Virus record (IMG/VR): IMGVR_UViG_3300033182_000674
Location: 124,001-188,000 of that record
Reading direction: 5' to 3' (one strand)
DNA: 64,000 bases
Position numbers and translations under genes: made by a program. Shown piece by piece: positions 1 through 9,900 of the stretch; position 1 is the first letter of the stretch, and each line of letters opens with the position of its first letter. The notes below the pieces were generated by a model. The model was not told the DNA's origin. It was given only the letters and a program-made list of their open reading frames with translations, and ran no database searches.

Positions 1-66
1 AACTACTGCTTGAGAAAATTCCTTATTATTAACGTAATGTACAGGTTGAGTTTTTGTCTTTGCCAT
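1..66 (-). CDS. 55: Late transcription sigma factor gp55, 5' fragment (runs off the left edge)
   Basis: Manual translation MAKTKTQPVHYVNNKEFSQAVV. The HYVNNKEF motif is typical of gp55 N-termini. GGAGG RBS at 72-76. Position after uvsW and the Sm-like gene matches marine T4-like order. Confidence 0.85.
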   Translation of the reverse strand, partial: MAKTKTQPVHYVNNKEFSQAVV

Positions 67-101
67 CAAAGCCTCCACATTATTACTCTAATAATAGTTA
101 T

Positions 102-130
102 ATTATAAACTATTTTGGAGTAAAAGTACA
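102..130 (-). promoter_or_regulatory. Sigma70-like promoter upstream of gene 55
   Basis: Minus strand TGTACT-N17-TATAAT, pointing at gene 55. Confidence 0.6.
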
Positions 131-162
131 TAAAAAAATTTATTAATTAATTAAAAAAACTG

Positions 163-191
163 TGTACAAATCTTAAAAAGTATGATATAAT
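163..191 (+). promoter_or_regulatory. Divergent sigma70-like promoter, antisense to the Sm-like/uvsW genes
   Basis: Plus strand TGTACA-N17-TATAAT with extended -10 (TGaTATAAT), back-to-back with the promoter at 102-130. Confidence 0.5.
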
Positions 192-226
192 ATTTTAGTT
201 CCCGGCGGGGAGGGTAGTATATAAGA

Positions 227-625
227 TTAGTGTACTACAGTTTCACCATCATTGAATACATTAACAAAAGAAGAATCAGCCTGAGTGTCAAAGTATTCAT
301 CTAAAGTTTCACTATCTTCTTCTAATTCACCATCTGCTTCAATATAAGTCTTTACTGTCTCTAAGTAACTCTCAGCAAATTCATAATCAGGTAGAGCCAT
401 TGCGACTACTTGGCTACCATTAACAACAATGGGTCGTTGTTCTTTATTAATTTGATATACCATATAAGGTCTAAACAAATAAACAGTTTGATTGCGTGCT
501 ATATCATCTACTCTTTCAATACGCAACGGATTCCTAACAACAAAATCGCCAGTATCTGTTTGATTATCTACGATTTCTACCATTAGCTCACTTCCGTCTG
601 TGAGTCTTATTTGTTTAATATTCAT
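227..625 (-). CDS. Sm-like domain protein (conserved between uvsW and gene 55 in marine T4-like phages)
   Basis: N-terminus MNIKQIRLTDGSELMVEI, an NP-x-x-I segment, F-R-P-Y-M and an acidic tail. Synteny agrees. Confidence 0.65.
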   Translation of the reverse strand: MNIKQIRLTDGSELMVEIVDNQTDTGDFVVRNPLRIERVDDIARNQTVYLFRPYMVYQINKEQRPIVVNGSQVVAMALPDYEFAESYLETVKTYIEADGELEEDSETLDEYFDTQADSSFVNVFNDGETVVH

Positions 626-626
626 A

Positions 627-2135
627 TTATAGATCTACCTTATATAGTTTAGATTTGAAGTTCTCTTTATTATATATCTTGACTCTTTCTTCACCATGTT
701 TTAAACAATAATTCTTCTTTGATTTATGTTGAAGATCGTCGATAAGATCATATAATATAGTAGTTTCACCGTTTTCAGATTTACGTAACCCACGACCAAT
801 TGATTGCAATACTCTAATTTGTGATTTAGATGGTGAAGCAAATACAATATTATGTAGGTTCCTAATATTTATACCTGTACTAAATGTGCCAAAACTCGCT
901 ACAATAATAGCATCTTTCTGTGACTCAGTGATTTTACGTATAGCTTCTCTATCTGTAGCATCTGTTTGGCCAGATACAAAAAATACTTTTCTCTTTTCAT
1001 GCGCTTTATCTGTAATCATATCAAATAAAGGTTTACCGTGTTTCTCTACATATTGGAATAGAACTAGTGTATTACCTTTTTGATCTAATGCTAAGTTAGT
1101 AATAAACTTATTTCGTTTATCGTGTTTTACAATAAAATCAATTTCTTTTTGATAAGTATTACCTGCGCATGCTTTACAAGTCTCATCATCATATTTTAAA
1201 TTAAGTAACTTAATATCTAAGTCAGCAAGAGTATCTTTATCTTGAAGATCTTTAGTTGTAGTAACTTTCATTGTTTTACCAAATAATCCTTCAAGAACTA
1301 ATTGGTGAGTTTGAGTTCCATCTAATGTACCAGTTGTACCAAATCTATAAGCTACATCTCTAGATTTATTCATAATAGATGACAATGATTTAGATTTAAA
1401 TCCGTGACACTCATCTCCAAATATGACACCAAATTGATCAAACCATGTCATAGGTAATTTGTAAATAGATTGCCATGTACTAATAAAGACTCTTTCACTA
1501 ATATTTGTTTTTGGCTGTCCTGAATAGATAACGTGACAATCTTCTTCAGCATTAAATGATGGATCATTATCAGAATAGTCAGCAAAATCAGAATACATCT
1601 GTTGCACAAGAGAAGTTGTTGGTACAATTACAAGAGCTTTGTTATCGTGATTTTCTAAGTACCATCTTAATAACACATATATGATAAGAGATTTACCAGA
1701 ACCTGTTGGTGATAGTAATATTACACGCTTTCTTCTAATACTTTCACATATAGCGTTAAACTGATAATCTCTAACTTGAATTTTTTCACCATGACTCTTA
1801 AGTTCTAAACTATCAATAAAGGTCATAATTTCGTTAGGATCTACTTCATTATAATTTTCTGGTGGACCATAAGGACCATCAACAAACTCTACTTCATAAT
1901 GTCTCTTAGCTGCAAAGTTTGTAACATATGGTAATAAGCCTACTGGTAATTCTTGTGCTTGTTGATTATATAAGTAGACTTTTCCATCCCATACTTTATT
2001 TTTATAGGCTGGCATAAATTTATAGCCTGGAACATAAAAAGAAAAGAAGTCTCTTAATTCTGCTCCGATACCGAAGTCTGTACCAACAGTTAATACAGCT
2101 TCATTTTTCTTTTGTATTACTAATTTATCCGCCAT
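627..2135 (-). CDS. uvsW: UvsW SF2 DNA helicase
   Basis: RDYQ, Walker A SPTGSGKS, DECH box, GTTGT, motif VI QSIGRGLR, and the N-terminal WDGK motif. Confidence 0.97.
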   Translation of the reverse strand: MADKLVIQKKNEAVLTVGTDFGIGAELRDFFSFYVPGYKFMPAYKNKVWDGKVYLYNQQAQELPVGLLPYVTNFAAKRHYEVEFVDGPYGPPENYNEVDPNEIMTFIDSLELKSHGEKIQVRDYQFNAICESIRRKRVILLSPTGSGKSLIIYVLLRWYLENHDNKALVIVPTTSLVQQMYSDFADYSDNDPSFNAEEDCHVIYSGQPKTNISERVFISTWQSIYKLPMTWFDQFGVIFGDECHGFKSKSLSSIMNKSRDVAYRFGTTGTLDGTQTHQLVLEGLFGKTMKVTTTKDLQDKDTLADLDIKLLNLKYDDETCKACAGNTYQKEIDFIVKHDKRNKFITNLALDQKGNTLVLFQYVEKHGKPLFDMITDKAHEKRKVFFVSGQTDATDREAIRKITESQKDAIIVASFGTFSTGINIRNLHNIVFASPSKSQIRVLQSIGRGLRKSENGETTILYDLIDDLQHKSKKNYCLKHGEERVKIYNKENFKSKLYKVDL

Positions 2136-2571
2136 TCTCGAATTGTTTCCATTTTATAATATTTGAGATACTTTGATGTCTCCAACGTAATGTCTCAACA
2201 ATCTCTTGTAAAGTATCTACAATAGTTTTACGATAAGCGATCTTTTCTTCACTCTTCTGTATATCTATATCGCTATTATAATAGTAATCCATCTCACCTT
2301 TCATAACTTTAAGACCATTGAATGGATCAAAATCCCAACCTTTTTCTTGGATTTCATCACCACTCATCTTACCATTATAGTATAACCACTTATCTTTAAG
2401 TAAAGTTTTCTGATTAAGCTCGGCTTTTTTCAATTGTAGTTTAGCTATTGAAAGTAATTGTAGATACTTTGAGTGCATCTTAGCGATATCAACAGTAGAA
2501 CTACTTAAGTTATTTTCATCAATAAAAGAATCTTTTTCCCATGATTCCAAAATATTTTCTAAATTAATCAC
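2125..2571 (-). CDS. uvsY: UvsY recombination mediator
   Basis: HSKYL and KWLYYNGK motifs. GTG start with GGAG RBS. Adjacent to uvsW. Confidence 0.93.
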   Translation of the reverse strand: MINLENILESWEKDSFIDENNLSSSTVDIAKMHSKYLQLLSIAKLQLKKAELNQKTLLKDKWLYYNGKMSGDEIQEKGWDFDPFNGLKVMKGEMDYYYNSDIDIQKSEEKIAYRKTIVDTLQEIVETLRWRHQSISNIIKWKQFENGG

Positions 2572-2603
2572 AATTTTCTCCGAAGCATTTCATAACATAT
2601 ATT

Positions 2604-2614
2604 ATTATATCACA
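2604..2614 (-). promoter_or_regulatory. Extended -10 promoter upstream of uvsY
   Basis: Minus strand TGTGATATAAT in the gp3-uvsY gap. No convincing -35. Confidence 0.45.
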
Positions 2615-2624
2615 GTTTTCGGAA

Positions 2625-3185
2625 TTATAACACCTCAAAATAACCTATTTTAAATGTAACTGGAAAAGTAATTACAGGGGTTTCAGATGTAACAGATTCC
2701 ATAAGCATAGTACCAATATTTGTTGGTATACAATCTATATATCTAATCTGTTTAACTGTGTTATTGTGGCTACTTGTAATAGATAATGTCATATCTACTT
2801 GATGTGGTTCATCATCACTACCACCAGAATATTTAGAAGCTACATGATTTGTTTCCACTTGTCTTAATAACCATTCATATACTTCTACATATGATTTCAT
2901 TTCTTCATCAATGATAACATCAAATGATAAATCTTCAAATTCAGCTGTATCGCCAGCAACAGCAATACTACCAATTCTTTTATATGGAATAACTGGTGTA
3001 TTAATTGTAAGGCCTGGATGTACAACTCTTTGACAGAAAAATTCTAAGTTCGCAAATTTCTTTCTATCAATAACAACCTTAAAGTTAGAAGGTTGTAAAA
3101 AATTTAAATTTTGTGTAAGCGTACTACCATCAGTCATTAATTCTACTGATGTGTTCGGACTAAAACTAGGTTGATCAACTGCCAT
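2625..3185 (-). CDS. 3: Tail completion / tube terminator gp3
   Basis: NFLQPSNFK, FFCQ, PGL and FPVTF motifs of the gp3/gp19-like family. Located between gp23 and uvsY. Confidence 0.85.
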   Translation of the reverse strand: MAVDQPSFSPNTSVELMTDGSTLTQNLNFLQPSNFKVVIDRKKFANLEFFCQRVVHPGLTINTPVIPYKRIGSIAVAGDTAEFEDLSFDVIIDEEMKSYVEVYEWLLRQVETNHVASKYSGGSDDEPHQVDMTLSITSSHNNTVKQIRYIDCIPTNIGTMLMESVTSETPVITFPVTFKIGYFEVL

Positions 3186-3213
3186 TGGTATATTCCTATT
3201 GATATAATAAAAC

Positions 3214-3221
3214 TATTTATA
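3214..3221 (-). promoter_or_regulatory. T4-type late promoter (gene 3)
   Basis: Exact TATAAATA about 30 nt upstream of the gene 3 start. Confidence 0.85.
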
Positions 3222-3224
3222 AAG

Positions 3225-3257
3225 AAAAAAAAGGGACCCCGAAGGGTCCCAAAAAAA
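3225..3257 (-). terminator. Rho-independent terminator after gene 23 (potentially bidirectional)
   Basis: GGGACCC-TTCG-GGGTCCC followed by T8 on the minus strand, with an A/T run on the other side as well. The C(UUCG)G tetraloop is typical of T4 terminators. Confidence 0.92.
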
Positions 3258-3292
3258 CAAAATTATATTATTATTTTTATAGGGGGAATCTA

Positions 3293-4618
3293 TTATGCAG
3301 ACAAGATGTTGTCAACACGGAAGATTCTGTAGTACTGGTTAGACTTAGCAGCAGCCAAACCGTCAGCAGGATTCTGACCTACGAATGGGTTTGAAGCCAT
3401 ACCGTAGCGAGTCTTGAAGCCGATTCTTGGCTGGAAGTCATTCTCACCAACTGCACGAACCATTGTTAATGGTACGTATGGGCAGTAGAATAAGCCAGCA
3501 TCGTATGGGTTAGTACCCTTGTAACCAACAGTGATGTAATCAACAGTTGCATAAGGATCAACATAAACCTTAGTACGACCATTCAATACACCTGCGAAGG
3601 TGTTACCAGTGTCATCAACGTTCAAGTTGGTAGACATTGCTGGAGCGTAGTCCAACATACCAGTAGCTGCCAAAGCAGAAGCAACATCAGAAGAAGTAAT
3701 GATAAAGTTACCACGACCTCTACGAGTTTCTTTAGCAATTTGGTTAGCTTCACGCTCGATTTGAACCATCAAGCCCTTGAACTTCTCAACTGACCAACGA
3801 CCATCTGCATCAGTAGAAAGGTCGAATACACCACCAACAGCAGTGTTAGAAGTTAATGCACCAGTCTTAGCTTGTGAGTTAATGGTACGGATAACTTCGC
3901 GGTTGATTTCAGCCAAGATCTCAGCTGACAAGATGTTTGCCAACTCAGCTTCTGCATCCAAACCGTGGATAGCTTTAAGATCCTGTGCCAATTCCAAGCT
4001 GTACTCTGCCTTCAATGCGCGAGACTTAGCAGTAACAGTTGCTTTCTCAATGGTGAAACCCATTTCTTGGAAAGACGAACCAGTGTTACCTAGAGCCTCA
4101 GCATCAGCTGTAGACATTGGACGACCAACATTAGGACCAGTACGCTCATTATCGATGTTGCTGTCAGCATCAACGCCATCAGCTACACCGCCAAGACCTG
4201 AACCTTCGCCAGCGCCTGAAGTTGAAGAATCGCCAGAGAATGCTGTGTTAGCTTCGTTGAACAATGCTTCAGTGTTAGAAGTAGAACCGCCATCGTAGCG
4301 AGACTTCATTGCGAAGATCAAGCCAGTAGGACCAGTCATAGGCTGTACACCACAAACATCATATGCCATCATGTTAGGCATAGCGCGACGAACCAATGAG
4401 ATCAATACTGGATCCCAGTTGTCAACAGATGAAGTGTTGTTACCTGCAGTCTCAGCTAGGAAACCAGCTGATTGCGCACGCTGCTCTTGAAGAGCCTTCT
4501 CTTGGTTTTCAAGAACTACAGCGGTAACTGCTTTACGGTGGTGATCTTTGATTTCACCAACTGAGTTTTCGTTGAGAACTGGTGCCCATTTCTCAATCAA
4601 AGTGTTGTAATTAGACAT
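3293..4618 (-). CDS. 23: Major capsid protein gp23
   Basis: KWAPVL, GVQPMTGPTGLIFAM, KSRALKAEYSLELAQDLKAIHGLDAEAEL, YCPYVPL and FQPRIGFKTRYG motifs. Confidence 0.99.
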   Translation of the reverse strand: MSNYNTLIEKWAPVLNENSVGEIKDHHRKAVTAVVLENQEKALQEQRAQSAGFLAETAGNNTSSVDNWDPVLISLVRRAMPNMMAYDVCGVQPMTGPTGLIFAMKSRYDGGSTSNTEALFNEANTAFSGDSSTSGAGEGSGLGGVADGVDADSNIDNERTGPNVGRPMSTADAEALGNTGSSFQEMGFTIEKATVTAKSRALKAEYSLELAQDLKAIHGLDAEAELANILSAEILAEINREVIRTINSQAKTGALTSNTAVGGVFDLSTDADGRWSVEKFKGLMVQIEREANQIAKETRRGRGNFIITSSDVASALAATGMLDYAPAMSTNLNVDDTGNTFAGVLNGRTKVYVDPYATVDYITVGYKGTNPYDAGLFYCPYVPLTMVRAVGENDFQPRIGFKTRYGMASNPFVGQNPADGLAAAKSNQYYRIFRVDNILSA

Positions 4619-4644
4619 TTAAATACTCCTTAATTACTAGTTTA

Positions 4645-5754
4645 TTATTTCTTTGGGTAGGTGTTTCTCATCGCGGTGAGATACTTATCCATTGAGCTAC
4701 TATGAACTTCTTCTTGAACTTCTTCTTCAGTTACTGATTCATTGATACTGTCAACAGTTTCAACTTCTTCGGTAGCTTCAGTAGTAGCAGTCTTGAAATA
4801 AGATTCCTTAATGGTGTTAACACGGTCAGTGAATGATTCCTCATCACCATACTCAATGCCTTCAGCCATTTTTTCTAATTTAGAAACCTGAGTTTCTGCT
4901 AAATCTTTAGAGGCTTCTCTAATGATAATCTTACGCATAAGATCTTCGTTAGACTCTCTCATTAAGATGTTATTAGCTGTTTCTTTATCCAAACGCTCTT
5001 CCAAGGTTTCGATTTGACCAACTAAATCATCTACTAGGTCGACCTTAGACTCAGGAACTTCAATGTAAGATTCTACGAACAAGTTTTTAAGGTTGCCCAT
5101 AAATGTCTCAGCAATTTCAGTTCTCAAACCTTGCTCTACAGCAAGTTTGTTTTCTTCCATCCAAGTTTCAACTACATAGTTGAGATAACTATCGATTTTC
5201 TCTACGAGACCATCGCGAGCTTCAGTAAGACCAGCTTCAATTTCTGCAGCATACTGCTCTTCAAGTGAATCGATACGAGTACCAAACTCAGCTGTTAATT
5301 CAGCTTCGATAGTAGCAACTCTTTCATCAACTCTTGAGTTTACAGCAGCTTCAAATACTAATGAAGCCTTCTCTTTGAACTCTTCAGAGAGGGACTCGTC
5401 TGTACCCATCATAGCGGTTAAGTCTTCTCTGTATTCATCTAAAGAACGAACAGCTAATGCTTCGTCTTCGATTTCAACTGACTCACCCATCATCTTCTCA
5501 TATGAAGCTGAAAGGTCAGATTTACTCATGCCAGCCAACTTGTTGTACATAGCATTAACCATGCCAAGTTTGGTCATTTTCTCTGAGTTAGACTTGTCAC
5601 CTTTACGCTTAGGTGCAGATTTTGTTGCATCACCTGCTTTGTCGACTGATGCGACAGATTGGGCTTCTGCATTTTTAGGATCGTGAGCTTCTAGAACATC
5701 TTCGTTTTCAATGAGCTCAACATTATCCTGAACTTCTTTTACTTCTTCAGTCAT
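4645..5754 (-). CDS. 22: Prohead core scaffold gp22
   Basis: Acidic coiled-coil. LVEKIDSYLNYVVETWMEENKLAVEQGLRTEIAE motif. Located between genes 21 and 23. Confidence 0.95.
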   Translation of the reverse strand: MTEEVKEVQDNVELIENEDVLEAHDPKNAEAQSVASVDKAGDATKSAPKRKGDKSNSEKMTKLGMVNAMYNKLAGMSKSDLSASYEKMMGESVEIEDEALAVRSLDEYREDLTAMMGTDESLSEEFKEKASLVFEAAVNSRVDERVATIEAELTAEFGTRIDSLEEQYAAEIEAGLTEARDGLVEKIDSYLNYVVETWMEENKLAVEQGLRTEIAETFMGNLKNLFVESYIEVPESKVDLVDDLVGQIETLEERLDKETANNILMRESNEDLMRKIIIREASKDLAETQVSKLEKMAEGIEYGDEESFTDRVNTIKESYFKTATTEATEEVETVDSINESVTEEEVQEEVHSSSMDKYLTAMRNTYPKK

Positions 5755-5771
5755 GTCGTGACTCCTATAGT

Positions 5772-6422
5772 TTATTTAAGTAACGAGAGGAAATTCTTAA
5801 ACTCACGCATTTGCACCTCTGCAAGATCTTTACGTGAAGCTTGTTTAATTTCAGTCTCAATTTTTTCAATTTCTTGAGGTTGAATCACACCATTATTCCA
5901 CACCCAGTCTACGCCTTCCATAATTCCATTAACAAATGCTTCTGGCGCAGATGGATCTTGAACAATGTCTACAGTCGCAAGCATGAAATCATCCTTTACG
6001 TACATAGTTCCATTTTTATTCTCAAGACTACCCATACCACGAGTTGAAACGCCTAGCTTTACACCACCATCAAGTAAACCTTTTACGATTTTACCATTAG
6101 GAGTATCTAGAATAGACGCTTTTCCCATTACATTATCACCGTCCCATTCAAGAGCAGTGATAAGGTGAGAAACTTTGTCTAAGTTAACGGTTGGACCATC
6201 AGGGTGATTTAATTCACCAACCGCTCTCTTAGTTTTAACTTGTTCGTTAATAAACTTGTCAACAGCAGATTCCATAATTTGCTTTGGATAAATTCTGCCA
6301 TTTCTATTTTTAGACTCAGCTTGTGCGAAGATGCCTTCGATCACATATTTCTTTTCGCCTGACTCAGTAGATTCAGTTACAAACTGAATATCCTGATCAA
6401 CGTATTCTGCAATAAGCTTCAT
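5772..6422 (-). CDS. 21: Prohead protease gp21
   Basis: NRNGRIYP, GELNHP, GVSTRGMGSL and DIVQDPSAPEAFV motifs. Confidence 0.97.
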   Translation of the reverse strand: MKLIAEYVDQDIQFVTESTESGEKKYVIEGIFAQAESKNRNGRIYPKQIMESAVDKFINEQVKTKRAVGELNHPDGPTVNLDKVSHLITALEWDGDNVMGKASILDTPNGKIVKGLLDGGVKLGVSTRGMGSLENKNGTMYVKDDFMLATVDIVQDPSAPEAFVNGIMEGVDWVWNNGVIQPQEIEKIETEIKQASRKDLAEVQMREFKNFLSLLK

Positions 6423-6432
6423 AGTCTTTTCC

Positions 6433-6621
6433 TTATAGTTGTTTAACGAGTTCTTTAGCCATCTTTATGGCTTCTCTTTCAGAAGAGTATGTATCTAATA
6501 AGTCACCGTCGACGATAGCTTGGTATTTACTACCAACCTTTTTAATTTCGACAGTCACTTTACCGACTTTGATTTTCTTAGCTTCATAAAGTGATTCTTT
6601 AAGCTGTTTGAAATTCTTCAT
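6433..6621 (-). CDS. 68: Prohead core protein, gp68-like
   Basis: Small basic protein beginning MKNFKQLKE, immediately before gene 21. Confidence 0.6.
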   Translation of the reverse strand: MKNFKQLKESLYEAKKIKVGKVTVEIKKVGSKYQAIVDGDLLDTYSSEREAIKMAKELVKQL

Positions 6622-6871
6622 CGGCCTCTAACTCTTCTACTTCAAAATCTTCTTCTGCAACTGGATCATTAAAGACATTAGTTGCAACTTCTACTCTCTT
6701 TGCATCCAAACGATCAGCTAAGCGATCATTAATTTGGTCTGCAAAAATGTCTGTTGCTGATGAATATTGTTCTTGTTCAATTGCTTGAACAAAATCCATA
6801 ATAGGATTTGTCTCTACTTCATCAGCGGAGATTTCATCTACATTAACATCTTCTAAATTTTCTTCACTCAT
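6599..6871 (-). CDS. 67: Prohead core protein, gp67-like
   Basis: Small, very acidic protein upstream of the gp68-like gene, with a late promoter. Confidence 0.65.
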   Translation of the reverse strand: MSEENLEDVNVDEISADEVETNPIMDFVQAIEQEQYSSATDIFADQINDRLADRLDAKRVEVATNVFNDPVAEEDFEVEELEADEEFQTA

Positions 6872-6895
6872 TTCATTTCTCCTGTTTTATTAAGA

Positions 6896-6903
6896 TATTT
6901 ATA
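6896..6903 (-). promoter_or_regulatory. T4-type late promoter (gene 67)
   Basis: Exact TATAAATA 25 nt upstream of the gene 67 start. Confidence 0.85.
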
Positions 6904-6949
6904 AAAATTAAGTTTTCTACCATCAATTTTTTTATAAAAAATAAAAATT

Positions 6950-6957
6950 TATTTATA
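6950..6957 (-). promoter_or_regulatory. Second late promoter, overlapping the stop codon of the 2565-aa gene
   Basis: Exact TATAAATA whose TAA is the ORF stop at 6953-6955. Confidence 0.6.
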
Positions 6958-9900
6958 CCACCCCATGTTGTGCATTAAATGCAGCAGCCAGCATATCTAA
7001 AGCCTCTCCAACCGTTGTCGGAGTAGTATTCCAATGACTTGTATTTGATGGAACATATAAGTCATCTAAATCTGTACTAATATTGTTATGGTTTATTATA
7101 ACAATTTCATCATTAATATTTGCAGCATCAACTAATGTTATAGTTGTGCCATCATTATCTGTAGTCCAATCCGCAGTCTTAGATACTAATATACCATTGA
7201 TATAAACAGTAACACCGTTAGGGTTATATGATAATACATTACCATTATAATCACTATCAGTAAATACAGTTTGAGCTGAATCAGCAACAAATCTAAATTG
7301 ATCAATAGGATTACTTGGAGTTCCGGTATATGAGAATGCAAACTTATGAATAGTTAACTCAGCACCAGAATCCAATCCTTCAACCATAGTAATGGTTTCA
7401 TTATCAGTTAATGTATAATCGCCTTGTGTTAAATTGATACCATTTAAGAAGACAATAACATTATCATTATAATATAAAGAATTACCATTAGCATCAGAAC
7501 CAGTAAATATTGATTGACCAGAATCAGCAATGAATTTATATGATGTGATGATTGTATTACCAACTACTGTATTAACTCTAGCATTAATATAATCACTATC
7601 GATAATTAATTCAAGTGCTGCAGAATCAATAGTACCTGAACCACCACCAACTGCATCAATTCTAGCATTAATATAAGCAGAATCAATAATATTAGTTACA
7701 AACCCAGAATCTCTGTAAATATCAGCTTGTCTTAATTGGATATAAGCAGAATCAATAAGTGTTATAACATCAGACTGATTAACTTTGGAACCAATGAGTG
7801 TAGTTAAGTTTGAATCACCATCAACGATTGCATCAGATAATTCTTTTAGCGTATTAAACGCTTCGGGCGCGCCAGCAATTAACGAATTAATTGCACCATC
7901 TACAATGCCAGAGACATTGTTAGAATCTAAAATAAACGGTAAATTGGTTAATGAATTATAGTCATAATTCTGTCTTACTTGTACATATGTTGAATCAACA
8001 ATATCAACTACAAAATTAGAATCTAGTGTAACACCACCAGCATTAAATTTACCGCCATCATTTTTAAGTGTAACACCACCAAGATCAATAGTATTACCAC
8101 TTAGATATAAATCTCTAAATCTGTTACTAGAACTACCAAGATCATATGTTGAGTCAGCTGCTGGAATTATATGACGAGACGTAATGGTATTATCAGCTCT
8201 AAGCTTTTGAACTATTAATTCATTATTATATGGATTATATCTAAAACCAGCTCCATCTAAATCTGCGCCTAATTGATAATGTCCTGTGTTTCCTGAGATG
8301 CCAGTAAACCTAATATATGGTATATGGAAATCAGCATTTGAATCTGATGGTCCTGCCTCTCGAATGTATATTCTATTTGCATCATATGATTGTCTTGCTT
8401 GAACGTATGAACTATCTGTTATATCAATTACGAATGCTGAATCTCTGTAGAAGTCAACTTGTCTTGCTTGAACATATGCGCTATCAACTAAAACTAGAGT
8501 ATCAGAATCATGTCTAGCAGTTGTATAATATAAGTTATTACCTTCAGACAAATTAGTTGTAGACTTAGCGCCAAAATCAGTATTAAAATCTGTAGATGTA
8601 TAATGAACTAAATCTGTAACCTGTGATTCAGTAATAGAAATATTTAAATTTTCTACAAATGATTTTGTAACTCTATTGTCAATTGCAGAATTAGCTCTTG
8701 TGACAGTATAATATTGATTAGTACCTTCTGTTAGATCAGTGGTTGTAAAGTTAGAGATATCATCAACTTGGCCAGTAACATTACCAACAAATGAACCGTA
8801 TAAAGTTTCAGTACCAATAGTCCATCTATCATTTGTCTCATCCCATAGGAATGATTTATTAGCTGCAGTACCTCTTTCAATTTCAATACCACTCGTACCT
8901 AATGAAACACCATTACCTGATTCATTACCGTTTAATACGATAACATTATCTCTAATTTGTGTATTAGCAGTATTTAAATATGTCGTAGTACCTTGTACAG
9001 TAAGATTACCACGAATTAATGCATTGCTATCTACAGTTAAACTACCACCAAAGTTACCGCTGCCGAAAGCATTAACACTACCTGTAGTATTAAATGTCGG
9101 TGTTGTAATTTCTTTGTTAAAATATAACGCATCATTGTTATAATCATAGAACATACCAGCATTAGGACCTACAATCATAAATCCTTTGCCGTCCATTGAT
9201 GCTGAATCTATAATATAACCAGGACCAAATGAATCACCACCGAGTGCACTATCTAGAACCTGAAATGAGAAACCAAAACCATACGAAGAGTCTGCTTTAA
9301 TAGCAACACCACCCATATTGAGTGTATTACCAGTTACATATAACGATCTCCATCTATTATTAGGCGCACCTAAATCATAAATGCCATCTGTTTGAGGTAT
9401 TATTGATTGATTAGCTACACGTCCGCCTAGATCATTAATTATAAATGGATCAGCATCTTCAATTTGAGTTATTGTACCATTAGGATCTTTATATAGTAAT
9501 GTTAATTTATTGATATTATAGTACAGACCAGGATTAACATCAATCGTACCTGTAATAGAAACTCTATTAGTCGGTGATGTATCATGCTGATTATATACAG
9601 TGCCAGTAGACATATCTACTATTGTTCCAGCACCACTAATTTCTGTTATATCTTTAAATCTAGCATCATTTTGAGAATAAGCACAATAGCCATAAGCAAC
9701 TGTACCAGCAAATCTTTGTAAATCAGGATCTGAATTTAAATCAATTGTATAATCATATGCGGAATTAAAAGTAGTACTACCAAAATTGCTGCAATGTATA
9801 GTAAGTGAGCCTTCATTTTTTTCAAAGCCCATTCTTGTTTCGCCAGCACTATTCCAACCTTGTTGCCCTTCACCAGTATCAAAGAATTTTATTTCTCTTT

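Noticed and set aside
6926-6945. A/T-only palindrome between the two late promoters
   Set aside because: Low complexity in an AT-rich intergenic region, so likely chance.
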